From: Xylographa opegraphella
Lineage: Eukaryota
Length of the DNA stretch: 64,000 nt
Assembly: GCA_022813865.1 (NCBI GenBank)
Contig: JALDZX010000005.1
Span: 372,001-436,000 of the forward strand
Reading direction: 5' to 3'
Both the position numbers and the translations under genes were made by a program. Shown here piece after piece: positions 1-12,473 of this stretch (the stretch's first letter is position 1; every line of letters begins with the position of its first letter). Under the pieces are notes generated by a model. It worked only from the letters and a program-made list of their open reading frames with translations. It did not search any database and was not told where the DNA came from.

Positions 1-396
1 TGAGAATCCGCGAAGATCCGCTTTGTTTTGAGGATTGATTAAGTCATCGAGAAACTTATCATCGGAAATGGTATTAGAAATTCCGTGCTTGGGTCCGACT
101 CAATGGTGTCAGAGTCCAGAAATAAGTGGTATTTGTAAACATTGATATCTCAACTATTGGCCCCTTGTCATCTCGAAAAGCCATGGCTTCTCGAACATGC
201 TCATACAAGTTTATGAGGAGAGGCATCAAATTCTCTCTGAGATAATCTTTAACTCCTGACTGTGTACCGTCAAATAATTGAAGAATAAAGTTTGTGATGC
301 TACCTGGATAGTTCATTAACTGCCGCAACTTGGACCATCATGCTGTGTACATTCTGGGCTCTGTTGTTCAAATGCAAGGACGGATTGGCACTGCCT

Positions 397-615
397 CTAC
401 CAAGTTCCCGCAAATCTACCAATATCGGCCTGACAAGCGAGCCTATATTGTGAATATGGGCTCTTGCCGTGTGATGCGGCTGTGTTTGGTAGGCATATCT
501 CACATGAATTGGGTGGGTACGGTTGAACACATCTCTTCAATGGTATAGGCGTTGCCGTGTGAGCATACAACGAGTCTAGCAGTAGCAGAACTATCAGAGC
601 TGCCTGCTTGACCAT
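397..615 (-). CDS. possible small secreted Cys-containing protein (or relic)
   Basis: ATG-initiated ORF with hydrophobic N-terminus (MVKQAALIVLLLLDSLYAHTA), a KR dibasic site and four Cys. No convincing splice to the 74-328 ORF found. Confidence 0.25.
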   Translation of the reverse strand: MVKQAALIVLLLLDSLYAHTATPIPLKRCVQPYPPNSCEICLPNTAASHGKSPYSQYRLACQADIGRFAGTW

Positions 616-636
616 CCACTCCCTCGGATTTATAGA

Positions 637-1240
637 CTAGCCCTTCCTCGATGCAGCCCCTTCCAATAGCTGCCTGAGCCTGTCTCGTTCTGCTTCACAG
701 AAATCCTGGTACTCGCCCTTTTTCGCCTTTGTGAGACCCATCTCATCCCACTCCCTGAAATGCTCCAAGCTCACCAGGTGCCACTTCACTACTAGGTCTT
801 CAGCAACCTTCTCCTTCCATGCATCATAACCGTAAGGAACATCACTTTCAGGCGCTGTTCCATCCTCATAGAACATAGCCTCATTGCCGCCTCGTCATTA
901 CGCTTCCGCTCAAACTCGGCCATCATCCATCCGTCTTGTTTCGAAGTCGGTCGCCTCATAGGCTTCGGCACAAACCACTTCGGGACATTGTCGTAATCGA
1001 GCCCGAAACCTGCACGATCCTACGTGGGTGAGCCATACCGGCCTTTATCGCGGCATATGTACAATGGATGAAAGTGATAATCTGGCTCATTGTAGAATTT
1101 TAGCTCGAATTCCTCTTGGCGGTGTTACCGAAGCGGTTTCTTGGAAGCGCGATTGGGCTTTTGAACGTTGGTGTTGCGCTGACGCAGAACTCATTGATGC
1201 TGGGGAAGTGCCTGTCTTGGTATGTCTTCTACGAGGGTCT
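637..1240 (-). pseudogene. disrupted fungal hypothetical protein gene
   Basis: Reads FHPLYICRDKGRYGSPT*DRAGFGLDYDNVPKWF with TAG at 1022-1020, then changes frame near 880 into MFYEDG...VAEDLVVKWH...EGAASRKG*. Resembles, from memory, a conserved fungal family with a GSPTYDxAGFxLDY motif. Confidence 0.45.
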
Positions 1241-1635
1241 ACTATGTGAAGATTAGGGTTAAGGTGGTTTCGATGATCAGAGACTCTTCAGGGCTGTGTG
1301 ATGCGTCGCGTCGTGTACGGTATGCAACTATCTGTATGTATGACGTACACTTGGTACCTTACCTTATTCTTGTGGACACGAAAACACATGATCGATAGTT
1401 AGCCCCAACTTTGAGGCGGCAAGGGATGCGATTCGGGTTCCCGAACATAAAGTTTGGATTCTTTGATTACATATTTTACTCTTCCAAACACTAAGTTGTT
1501 TATCCAGCAGTTGCGCCGGTTTAACGCTGGCTTATTTTCCCACAGGTGTGCTCAGCAGTATCCGGTTTCATCATAGGGCGAAGGCGACCTCGGAGGCATA
1601 AAGGGTCAGGCGCCTCCAAGTCCTGCCGTGACAGA

Positions 1636-2892
1636 ATGGGACAAGAATCTTCTACCCTTGTGGACGAGCACACTCCACCGCAGACACTTGATGCACGGTC
1701 TGTAGAAGCTGTGGCGAGATTCATCATAGATGCTCAGGTTCAGAAAATTGTAGTAATGGTATGCTATCCTACCTTTCAAGTAGGAATTCGAGCACTTACG
1801 GATCAATAGACTGGAGCTGGTATCAGCACGTCAGCTGGTATACCAGATTTTAGATCGCCAGATACAGGAATATATGCCAATTTAGCGAAGCTTAACCTCC
1901 CTCATCCTGAAGCTGTGTTCGACATATCTTTTTTTCGCAGTAATCCAAACCCCTTTTACATGCTAGCACATGAGCTTTATCCCGGGCGATATCGTCCTAC
2001 AATTGCTCACTATTTCATACGTCTTCTTTCTGATAAAGGAATGTTATTGAAACTGTTTACGCAAAACATTGACTGTCTAGAGCGGGCGGCCGGAGTTCCA
2101 GACGAAAAAATTGTGGAGGCACATGGAAGTTTTGCAAGGCAGCGCTGTATTGAATGCAAGACTGCTTATCCAGATGACTTGATGAGAGAAGCAGTGGAGA
2201 AGGCAGAGGTACCTCACTGTATCACGCCGCAATGTAATGGTTTGGTAAAGCCAGATATAGTATTTTTTGGGGAGCAGCTTCCGGAAGAGTTTTTCCGGAA
2301 TCGTTCATTACCCTCGGCTGCAGATTTATGTATCGTTATGGGTACTAGCTTATCCGTACAACCGTTCGCCAGCTTGCCAGGATTTGCCGCGGAAGGGGTG
2401 CCTCGTATTCTGATCAACAAAGAATTGGTAGGGGACTTCGGTTGTCGAGCGGATGATGTCTTAATCATCGGGGACTGTGACGAAGGCGTGAGACGACTTG
2501 CGTCAGCATTAGGTTGGCTTGGTGAGCTGGAGGCTCTCTGGAATCAAACACAACCTGCACTCGTCAGAGAAAAGCAGGAGTCGAGAGTCGAGAAGACTAA
2601 GGATGAGATTGTGACCGATGAAGTTGCGAAGCTCACAGCCGAAATTGAAAAATCCCTTGAAATTTCCGCAGACCACACAGCGTCCGTGAAGCAATCTCTC
2701 CGAGAGGAACATGGTGTCACTGAATCAAGCAGTAAGATACAACGCTTGCCTTCGTCCGGCGATGCAACAGAGCGCCATGAGGATTCGCCGAATAAGTACA
2801 ACTCCAGTACAATAAACAGCAAACCGGAGAAGTCACAGAGCACTGAATTGCTGCATGTCTTTCCACATATGACGGAGAAGTCGTCTCTGTAA
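1636..2892 (+). CDS. hst2: NAD-dependent deacetylase, Sir2 family, Hst2/SIRT2 class
   Basis: Exons 1636-1758 and 1810-2892 give TGAGISTSAGIPDFRS, TQNIDCLE, HGSF, a CxxC...CxxxxC Zn site, KPDIVFFGE and GTSLSVQP. MGQESS is an N-myristoylation-type start. Confidence 0.95.
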
Positions 2893-3481
2893 TTCGCATT
2901 ATACACGATTAATGCTAGTATGCTCAGGTCCAGGATGAGGGTTGTATCAGAAGACGGTGCATTCAGAATACTGGCAATTGAAATCATATACTCACTCTCC
3001 ACGAGCAACATAGGCACGAGCGTGACCTCCCTGCATACTCCATGTAATTATATAGCCAAATTTTATATTCCATCTTGACCTCGATAGCCGTAGATATTCT
3101 CAATATGTTAGCACGGAGGAGTTCTCCATCCGCCTTTAATGCAGATTTAGATCAGACGATGCTAAATAATCAATTAACCTGCTTGGCCGATTTACAGTGT
3201 ATTGAGGAGGCCTTCGTATAAGATCGAATGCGTCTTTTAAGTCTTTTAGTTTAACCTAACCTTAGAGATATTCTAGCAGCTGAATTAGTTCAAAATATAA
3301 ATTCAGGTATCATGGCGCCCTTCGTAACATAATGTATCACCTTTCAGTGGGACCCTGCGGTCCACTGACGTTCGATTTGAAGCTATGGGGACTGGCAATG
3401 ATTTCAGCCCTACAGCCGAAAGCGGCAGTTCACGACTACGGACGGAGCCTCCCGTTTTACTTCCACTTTCACAGCATCAAG

Positions 3482-3616
3482 ATGGATTACCGCGCACGAT
3501 TAAAGACAATCTGGCAAGAACCAAGCCCTTCGATGAAGAAAGCCATCATCCTCACGGGTGCCGGGTGCCTGATCGCCGTCGCCTTGGCTCTCGGCCTGTT
3601 GTTGATACGAAGGTAG
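3482..3616 (+). CDS. putative 44-aa single-TM microprotein
   Basis: MDYRARLKTIWQEPSPSMKKAIILTGAGCLIAVALALGLLLIRR*: one ~22-aa hydrophobic stretch flanked by basic residues. Confidence 0.3.
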   Translation: MDYRARLKTIWQEPSPSMKKAIILTGAGCLIAVALALGLLLIRR

Positions 3617-3634
3617 GCGGGTAGAAGCGAATGG

Positions 3635-3667
3635 CACGGACCATCACACGGACCATTGCACGGACCA
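3635..3667. repeat. 3x CACGGACCA at 12-bp period
   Basis: Copies start at 3635, 3647 and 3659, upstream of MCM4. Confidence 0.8.
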
Positions 3668-3681
3668 CAGCACATCCTATC

Positions 3682-3710
3682 ACGCGTAGAGTGCTTTGGC
3701 GCGTCGCGTT
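3682..3710. promoter_or_regulatory. MluI cell-cycle box (MCB) cluster upstream of MCM4
   Basis: ACGCGT at 3682-3687 plus GCGCGTCGCGTT about 80-105 bp before the MCM4 ATG. MCBs are the established MBF G1/S element of fungal replication genes. Confidence 0.6.
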
Positions 3711-3788
3711 TCCCTATCCTTCTTTTCATCTCTCCGTACTGATTCACGATCACTGGCAGATAAGGTCGAAAAAGTCGAAAATTCAACA

Positions 3789-6700
3789 ATGTCGAGCCCA
3801 GCGCCACGACGGAATGTCACCTCTTCTTCACCCCTCTTTTTCCGTTCCTCACCAGCTACGGCTGTAAACAACAACCAAAGAATGGAGATCAGCTCACCGT
3901 TACGACAAGCGTCCAGTATTGCTGGGGACGCAACACCTCGAGGTCGGCCACAACCACCTGGTGGTGAGTTTTGCTCTGGATCTTATGGTGATTGTAAACT
4001 GAGATTTTACTTAGACTCTTCTCCAATCCGATATGAACCAAGCTCAAGTCCAACACGCACTGCGAATGCAACTGGGCACCGACCATCAGATATTCCCAGT
4101 AGCAGCAGTGGCCTTTTCGTTCGCGACTCTAGATCAAATGCTCCTGGTGCTTCGGGTCTAAATAACTCCAGACGTAGTGATATTCACTCGGATGTTTTTG
4201 GTGCTACACCCAGTCGGCGACGTCGCATGTTTGTGGACGAAAATGGCGTACCAGTGGGTGAGGGTCTACCAAACTCAGATGCTGCTACCTTTTCGAACCT
4301 CGATCCCAACACTTCCGAAGCTGATGCTATGGGAGGATCTTCTACAAGAACCATATGGGGGACTAATATATCACTTCAAGATACAATTTCCAAATTTAAA
4401 GATTTCCTACTTGGTTATCAAAAGAAATATCGAATGTGGGCAGATGGTGCCACAGAAGACGAAACATCAGATCCAAGCAGTGGCGGGAACGAGAAGGAAT
4501 ACGTCGATATGCTGAAGTTAATGCTTCAGCTTGGGGTCACTGGGCTCAATCTTGATGTTCGTAACCTCAAAGCCTATCCGTCAACGGTAAAACTGTGGCA
4601 TCAACTACAAGCCTATCCTCACGAGATTATTCCCATCATGGATCAGACAATCAAAGACCTCATGGTGGACTTAGCGGAGCGGGAAATGCATCGAATAGGA
4701 ACAGAGCAGCGTCAAAACCAGCAGTCTCGCACCCAAGTAAGACCAGGTAGCTCAATACCTTCAATGCCGAGTTCAGAAGCCAATGGACATCAAAATGGGC
4801 AGAACCACCAAGACGAGGCCTCGGATTTTGTTCAACAAGTCGAGACAAGGGCATATAAAGTCAAGCCTTTCGGACTCGATAACTCAATCAACATGAGAGA
4901 CTTGAATCCCAATGGTCAGTCAGAACTGCTCAGCAGTTTCTTCAGGCGCTGGCTAACAAATGTAGATATGGATAAAATGGTCAGCATTAAGGGTCTTGTG
5001 ATTCGAACCACTCCAGTGATACCAGATATGAAGACAGGTACATTTAATTCTTGATCTCTCTTGACCGTCACTTATATATGAGTGTAGCGTTTTTCCGCTG
5101 TCAGGTGTGTAATCATGCAGTCGATGTACCCCTCGATAGAGGCAAGATTGCGGAACCGACCATTTGCCCACGACGACTTTGTGCAGCTCAGAACTCGATG
5201 CAGATTGTGCATAATCGATGCCAGTTCACGGACAAACAGGTTATCAAGTTGCAAGAAACTCCAGATAATGTCCCAGACGGTCAGACACCTCACTCAGTTT
5301 CCCTTTGTGCCTACGAGGAGTTGGTAGATGTTTGCAAGGCCGGCGACCGCATCGAGGTCACCGGCATCTTCCGAAGCAATCCCGTGCGAATCAATCCACG
5401 ACAACGCACTATCAAGAGTCTGTTCAAAACCTACATCGATGTCCTACACATTCAGAAGGTCGACAAGAGACGACTCGGGATTGATGTATCAACCATCGAG
5501 CAAGAGCTATCGGAGCAGATTGCGGGTGATGTGGAGCAAGTACGGAAGGTGAGCGAGGACGAGGAAGAAAAGATCAAGGCAACAGCAGCACGTTCCGACG
5601 TATATGAGCTATTGTCGCGATCACTCGCGCCTAGTATCTATGAGATGGACGATGTGAAAAAAGGTATCCTCCTCCAACTCTTCGGCGGAACGAACAAGTC
5701 GTTTGAGAAAGGAGGAAGCCCGAAATATCGAGGCGATATCAATGTCCTACTATGTGGCGACCCATCAACATCCAAATCTCAGCTACTTCAATACGTTCAC
5801 AAGATCGCTCCACGAGGTGTCTATACGAGCGGTAAAGGTTCATCTGCAGTTGGTCTTACCGCATACGTCAGCCGCGATCCCGACACGCGACAACTGGTCC
5901 TTGAGTCGGGTGCTTTGGTCCTTTCGGACGGTGGAGTTTGCTGCATCGACGAGTTCGACAAGATGTCAGATTCAACCCGTTCTGTATTGCACGAAGTGAT
6001 GGAACAGCAGACAGTCTCCATTGCGAAGGCTGGCATTATCACAACTCTCAATGCACGAACCAGCATACTGGCGTCAGCAAATCCAATCGGCAGCAAATAC
6101 AACGTCAACCTTCCCGTTCCGCAGAACATCGATCTTCCACCAACCCTACTATCCCGGTTCGACCTTGTGTATCTTGTCCTTGATCGCATTGACGAGCAGA
6201 GCGACCGTAGATTGGCACGCCATCTAGTCGGCATGTACCTTGAGGACACTCCAGAAAACGCAAGCACGCTTGAGATTTTGGTAAGTCAATTCAGAAGCTA
6301 TCGGGGAGATGGAAGTACTGATACCAGTCTAGCCCGTGGAATTCTTGACATCTTACATCTCTTACGCTCGGAACAAGTGCCAGCCTCGCATCACGCAAGC
6401 CGCCGCAGAGGAATTGGTCCGCTCTTATGTAGAGATGCGCAAGCTAGGAGAGGATGTACGAGCCGCTGAACGTCGAATCACGGCCACCACGCGTCAACTG
6501 GAGTCCATGATCCGACTGGCCGAGGCACATGCAAAGATGAGGTTATCGGAAGAAGTCACCGCGGGTGATGTCCTCGAAGCCGTCCGGCTCATCAAGTCTG
6601 CACTGAAGCAGGCCGCGACGGACTCCCGAACAGGCCTCATCGATATGAGTCTCCTCACCGAAGGCACCAGCGCCAGCGAGCGACGCAGGAAGCAAGACCT

Positions 6701-6917
6701 CAAGAAGGCGATCACGGATCTCTTGGACGAGATGACACGCAGTGGCAATGCAGCTCGGTACGCGGAAGTCTACAAGCGTATGAATGAGCAAGGAAGTGCC
6801 CAGGTGGAGGGAACCGAGTTCTCGGAGGCCCTCAGATCACTCGAGCAGGAGGGACTGGTGTCTGTGAGCGGCGAAGGTCCACGAAGGAGTATTCGACGCA
6901 TCACTGGCGTTGTCTGA
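3789..6917 (+). CDS. mcm4: DNA replication licensing factor MCM4
   Basis: S/T-P-rich N-terminus, IWGTNI, CxxC Zn finger, MCM4-specific Walker [21 protein letters not shown] arginine finger, [11 protein letters not shown]. Introns 3964-4014, 4915-4965, 5038-5087, 6281-6332. Confidence 0.97.
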
Positions 6918-7159
6918 TTTTTTTTGTTTTTGCGGCGGCAGATTTTATGTGGCCCTGGTGTTTTGCATGACCACGATACGGTTGACGAGCCAGATGAGGT
7001 TCTGTGTCCAGAACAGGCGCATTAGTACCGAGCTTGAATTGCGAGCTCTCGAATGCAGATGCAATAATATGCTCCGTTCAGATACAGGTAGTTTAGACGA
7101 ACCTAAGGTACCTATTTTACAATCTCTCGGCCTCGAATTGAGCTGCATTGAGTAACCGC

Positions 7160-7167
7160 GCACGTGG
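7160..7167. promoter_or_regulatory. Pho4/NUC-1/PalcA-type E-box GCACGTGG
   Basis: Exact site about 300 bp upstream of the VTC4 ATG. VTC genes are known PHO-regulon targets. Confidence 0.55.
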
Positions 7168-7458
7168 CCGGAACATCGTGTCCTGATTGGCCAATGGCTG
7201 CTGTCACATGGGTGGGTTTCGCTAAGCACAAAATTCCAAGCTCTCTCCCATTTGAGGCTAGTCCGTGGGGAACTTTTTGGACACAGCTGGGCCTTTAAGT
7301 TCGACGTTCTCGAGTGAAGGTCAAGCTCTTCTTCAATCGTCTCCTGCTCTACCCTTACTCAATTCGCAAGTCAAAGACTGTGGAGAGTCGCCAAAAGTGC
7401 TGCGCTGTAGCTGTTGCTGCAGCTAGTTAGATCTCAACCAATTGGAGGCTACTTCACG

Positions 7459-10031
7459 ATGAAATGTTGCCCCACCTCCGAGACTGCGCCAAATCCTTCA
7501 GGCTAACGGTCTTATCTAGTTGGCGAGCAGCTTCGCTCGAGCTTGATAAAGTCGCAGGAATTCTATTATCTCTTTTACGATGATTTGAAAGATGCTCTGA
7601 AGACTCCCTACGAATCTGACCCTACACCAGAGAACCCTAATCCAAAGAGAAGGCCTTGGAATGAAGACGATGAGAAAGCTTTCGTCGCTCAGCTCGAGGC
7701 TGAGCTTGACAAAGTATTTACCTTCCAGCGTGTCAAATCGGGAGAAATCGTACGGCGTATAAGGGCTAGTGAAAGAGAAGTCAACGATGTAATTGGACGA
7801 CTGGACAAGAAGGGCTTTGGACAGAATGGTACAAGTGAGGCGGAATACGTTGAAGAACCTTCGGAAGAAGACTTTCTGCTTCTTGAAGAGGACTTGAGCG
7901 ACATTATTGCGGACGTACATGATCTGGCCAAGTTTACGCAGCTGAACTATACTGGGTTTCAGAAGATAATAAAAAAACATGATGTACGTACTACTTGATC
8001 TGTCCTTGCAAGGATAGAACAACTCACAAGTGACGCGGGTAGAAACAAACTTCCTGGCATCTGAAGCCCGTCTTTGCAGCGCGATTGAAAGCGAAGCCTT
8101 TCTTCAGCGACAATTACGACGCCTTCATTGTCAAGCTGTCAAAACTGTATGACATTGTTCGGACGAGAGGAAACCCCATAAAGGGTGATAGTGCTGCAGG
8201 CGGAGGACAGCAAAACTTCGTCAGGCAGACGACAAAATACTGGGTACATCCGGACAACATCACAGAGCTCAAGCTTATCATTCTCAAGGTATCTTATGCA
8301 TCTTGAGGCTTCATAAGCATACATACTGATGGGATGCAGCATTTACCTGTGCTCGTATTCAATGCTAGCAAGGAATTTGAGAAGAAAGACTCGGCTATCT
8401 CCTCGATATATTACGACAACACAGATACCTGGGAACTGTATATGGGACGATTGAAAAAGACGGAGGGGGCGGAAGCAATCAGGTTGCGCTGGTATGGAGG
8501 AATGGATACGGATCTCATATTTGTGGAGAGAAAGACCCATCGAGAGGACTGGACTGGTGAGAAATCCGTCAAAGCTCGGTTCTCTCTTAAGGAGAAAAAC
8601 GTCAACGCCTTTCTATCCGGCGAGATGACTGTCGACCAAGTATTCGCAAAGATGCGAAAAGAGGGCAAGAAGGGCGAGAAGGAGATCGCGGACCTGGAAC
8701 AACTTGCACGAGAGGTCCAGTTCCGGGTAATCTCAAGGAAACTGGTCCCTGTCACCAGGTCCTTTTACAACAGAACTGCGTTTCAATTGCCTGGTGATGC
8801 TCGAGTTCGGATATCGCTTGACACCGAATTGACAATGACTCGAGAGGATAATCTTGACGGGAGAGATCGCGCTGGTAAGAATTGGCGACGCATGGATATC
8901 GGAATCGATTTCCCATTTTCTCAATTGCCACCTGAGGATGTCGAACGATTTCCTTATGCTGTGCTTGAGGTCAAGCTTCAAACGCAAGCTGGGCAAGAAC
9001 CTCCGGAATGGGTTCGTGAACTAATCAGCAGCCATCTTGTGGAGGCCGTCCCTAAATTCAGTAAATTCATTCACGGCTCTGCCACCCTATTCCCCACCCG
9101 CATTCACCTCCTACCATTCTGGATGCCCCAAATGGATGTTGACATTCGCAAACCCGTCACCCACCAGTTCGGCATCAACCGTCCTGGTCATTCCACCGCT
9201 TACTCCACCAGCGACTCTGCTCCTCTCTCCGACTCAGACTCCGAAGCTGACGAAGACGCGCTTACAGCGTCTTCACACAGCCATACCCTCCTCGCCGATG
9301 AAGATGAAGCTGCCGATTCAGACGACAACATCCACCGCCTTCGCGCTGCTCGTGACGCCATGGAACAGCACGACATGGATCGCGCCACGGCCAATGACCT
9401 CGACCTCGAGGAGCGTGTTGCCGCCGAACCGCTTTCACACCCAGACGACTACCCTCTTTACGACTCCGAATCCGAAGACGATGCCGATCGCTTCGAAGAA
9501 GCCCGCCGTGTCGGCGGCTGGCCTTACACACGCGCCCTCCTCCGCCACCACGTCATCGCCGCCGGATCCTGGCTCTCCTCCACGCTCACGCACCTCATCC
9601 CGACCCCCAAACCGACGACCGTACCTACCAGTAGCTCCGCCCTCGACCCGCTCAGTGGGCCCCCCGAAGTAAAGCGCTTTAAAGCCCCCAAGGGCAAGCG
9701 CATCCACGTCCCCGTCCGCGTCGAGCCCAAGGTCTTCTTCGCCACGGAGCGCACCTTCCTCTCCTGGCTCGAGTTCAGCATCATCCTCGGCGGCATCGCC
9801 GCCGCGCTGCTGAACTTCGGCGACCGCGTCGCCTTGGCGGCCGCGTGGGGCTTCACGGCTATGGCGTGTGCGAGTCTGCTCTACAGTATGGGCTTGTATC
9901 TGTGGCGCGTTAGGATGATCAGGCGCCGGAGGGCGGTGCGCTATCATGATTGGTTGGGGCCGAGTGTCTTGTGTGTGGGGCTCTTGGGGGCGGTGGCGGT
10001 GAATTTTGGGTTGAGGTATGGGCATGGGTAG
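7459..10031 (+). CDS. vtc4: vacuolar transporter chaperone 4 (polyphosphate polymerase)
   Basis: Spliced [13 protein letters not shown] (SPX start), [17 protein letters not shown] domain ([30 protein letters not shown]), C-terminal [16 protein letters not shown] plus 3 TM. Introns 7466-7519, 7984-8042, 8289-8339. Confidence 0.96.
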
Positions 10032-10366
10032 GGGTGGGTGGGGTGAGTGGGTAGTTACTGAAGGAAGGCGAGGGGTTGGGGTTTGTAGGAGGAGGCGGTG
10101 GAATCAAGGATTCCTGAAAAGTGTAAGTATGTATCGTAGTATACATGCTTAATAATTATGTCATTGTCTATAACGGAGAAATGTGTTCCTGGGTGCCAAG
10201 CAGCAGACTTCGCACATAGTCTCCAAGGTGCAAGTGTAGAAGAGGCCATGCTCGCGCATCACTTCTCTATCTATCCATATGACCAACCCTAAGAACCGCT
10301 CCAGCTCTCCTCCCAGATTACTCAAAGCGTGGAGTATTCCCTCTCACCCAGTCCATACCATCCCAG

Positions 10367-11770
10367 TCACACCCTAACCTCCACCTCCGCCGCCTTCCTC
10401 AGCCGATTCATCACCGCCGCCGCCTCATCCCCCTCAGCATCAGCGATCCCCTCCACGAAAATGACATCGACCCCACAGCGATCCAGCTCGCGCAGCCCCG
10501 CGAACAGGCCACGCGCGATCGCAGGCGCGGAGTCGCCGAGGGCGACATCCCACACCTGGATCTCGACCGCGGGGCTCGACGGGAGGAGGCCAGGGAACGA
10601 GTGCGCGGAGCGCGTGGCCGTGGAAGCCGGCGCGGCTGATGGGTCCGGCGGCGATGGCACTGGGAACACGGTCCAGCGCTTGGTGCGCAGGACGCCGATG
10701 CTGCGGGCGCCGCGGGCGACGTACGAGCGCACGAGGGCGGCGGGCAGGCGCGCGGCGGGGCCGGCTTCGACGAGGATGACACGCGCGTTGGGGGAGTAGT
10801 GCTTGTACTTCATGCCAGGAGCGCGGGGCGCGGCGGCGGCTTCGGCGCCGTCGCGGTAGGCGACGACGGTGTGCGTCCAGCCGGGGCAGGCGCGGATCTG
10901 CTCGATGGAGATGCCGCCGGGGCGGAGGACGGAGGGCGGGTGCGAGAGGCCGTCGACGACGGTGCTCTCGACGCCGACGCCGCAGGGGCCGCCGTCGAGG
11001 ATGAGGGCGATGCGCCCGTCGAGGTCGTGCTGCACGTGCTGGGCCGTCGTGGGGGAGGGTCGCGTAGAGGCGTTGGCGGAGGGAGCGGCGAGGGGGACGC
11101 CGGCGGTTTTGATGAGGGCGAGGGCGAGGAGGGAGGAGGGCATGCGGGCGCCGAAGGTGGGGAGGCCGGCGGTTACTTCGGGGGCGAGGACGGAGTGAGG
11201 GGGGTTGGGGAGGAGGATGGTGAGGGGGCCGGGCCAGAAGCGCTGGATCAGGGGGGCGTAGATGGCGGGTATGGGGTCGTCGAGGGGGAAAGTCCTCTGG
11301 TCTGGCGTGAGGGAGCTTGGAGGCGGTCGAGGCTGCAGGAGGCTGCGGAGCTGGCTGAGCGAGCAGATGTGCACGATCAGCGGGTTGTCGACGGGTCTGC
11401 GTTTGGCGGTGTAGATCCCCTTGACCGCCGCGCTCCGGGTGGCGTCTGCGCCGAGCCCGTACACGGTTTCCGTGGGGAATGCCACTGGGATGTTGGTCTC
11501 CCGCAGATGGCGCGCTGCTTCTTGGAGGTGGGCTGCGTCGGGGCTTGCATTGTCGAGGGTGACGGCTAGGTCTTCCAGCGCTGACGCGGAATTGCTGGAG
11601 AAACCGACTTGGCCGATCTTCGAGATGTCGACCGGTAGCACTCGAGTTTTCATGGGCGGTTGGCTGTCCCCTGGGCCGTTCGACATGGACACTTCTGCCG
11701 TAATCGTGCTTTCGCCCGCGCCCCTGCCATCACCGCCGCCCGCGGCACCGGGTCCGTTCGCTATGATCAT
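10367..11770 (-). CDS. sua5: threonylcarbamoyl-AMP synthase Sua5
   Basis: VAFPTETVYGLGA, KRRPVDNPLIVH, FWPGPLT, APSANASTRPSPT, GVESTVVD, APGMKYKHYSP, AVMNRLRKAA. Start codon uncertain. Confidence 0.95.
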   Translation of the reverse strand: MIIANGPGAAGGGDGRGAGESTITAEVSMSNGPGDSQPPMKTRVLPVDISKIGQVGFSSNSASALEDLAVTLDNASPDAAHLQEAARHLRETNIPVAFPTETVYGLGADATRSAAVKGIYTAKRRPVDNPLIVHICSLSQLRSLLQPRPPPSSLTPDQRTFPLDDPIPAIYAPLIQRFWPGPLTILLPNPPHSVLAPEVTAGLPTFGARMPSSLLALALIKTAGVPLAAPSANASTRPSPTTAQHVQHDLDGRIALILDGGPCGVGVESTVVDGLSHPPSVLRPGGISIEQIRACPGWTHTVVAYRDGAEAAAAPRAPGMKYKHYSPNARVILVEAGPAARLPAALVRSYVARGARSIGVLRTKRWTVFPVPSPPDPSAAPASTATRSAHSFPGLLPSSPAVEIQVWDVALGDSAPAIARGLFAGLRELDRCGVDVIFVEGIADAEGDEAAAVMNRLRKAAEVEVRV

Positions 11771-12473
11771 ATTCCTGCAATTTTGTCTCCGAAAGATCCT
11801 ACCAGCAACAGCTACAGGATAACGCTGTTGAAAGGATACCCTAATTCATGGACTGTGACTCCACAGTTTGATCTTGCTACTCCGGTGGCGCAAGAGAAAG
11901 GTCAACTGGTCGAGTCCGTACGACAACATTGATTAACAGAAATAGAAAGTGACGGCTCAGTTGCTGAAACAAGAAATCTCAGCTTTGTGGGTAGAGATGA
12001 AGGAGAAAATCACTGACGTCTGTCTGATGAGTGCCATCAATTTTTCAATGCGAAGTCAGTTGCTAAAAGAGCCTTTTCCGGCCCGACTGTCTCCGATTGC
12101 CGCGTTCTCGGCCCGAGCTTTTTGCCGCAAATGCTGGTGCGATGGAGGTGAGCGACGTAGGTACCTTACTCTCCATGGGAATGGGCGCCGGTGATATATC
12201 GAGCTCACTTTCCTAGCAATCAATGTACTGATGAGATGTTGATTTGTTTTGTGAAAGTGCACTATAAGCGCCGCCGTAGGAAATACCTCTCCACTCATCC
12301 GCCGATCATCCCATGAATCTATCACCATTATGACTCATCCTTGCAGCAGAGGCTCCGTCTGAAAGATCCTCAAATCACATTCATCGTTTCCTATTCCCAT
12401 CTTTCTCAATCTCGACATTATTCCCTCCCCCGTGAAGATACCACCCGAGATCCCCAGCCTCCAAAATCTAAAC

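Noticed and set aside
1253..1258. Single TTAGGG
   Set aside because: An isolated hexamer is expected by chance.
9435..11569. Long alternative and antisense ORFs over VTC4 and SUA5
   Set aside because: By-products of high GC3 (few stops); no motifs.
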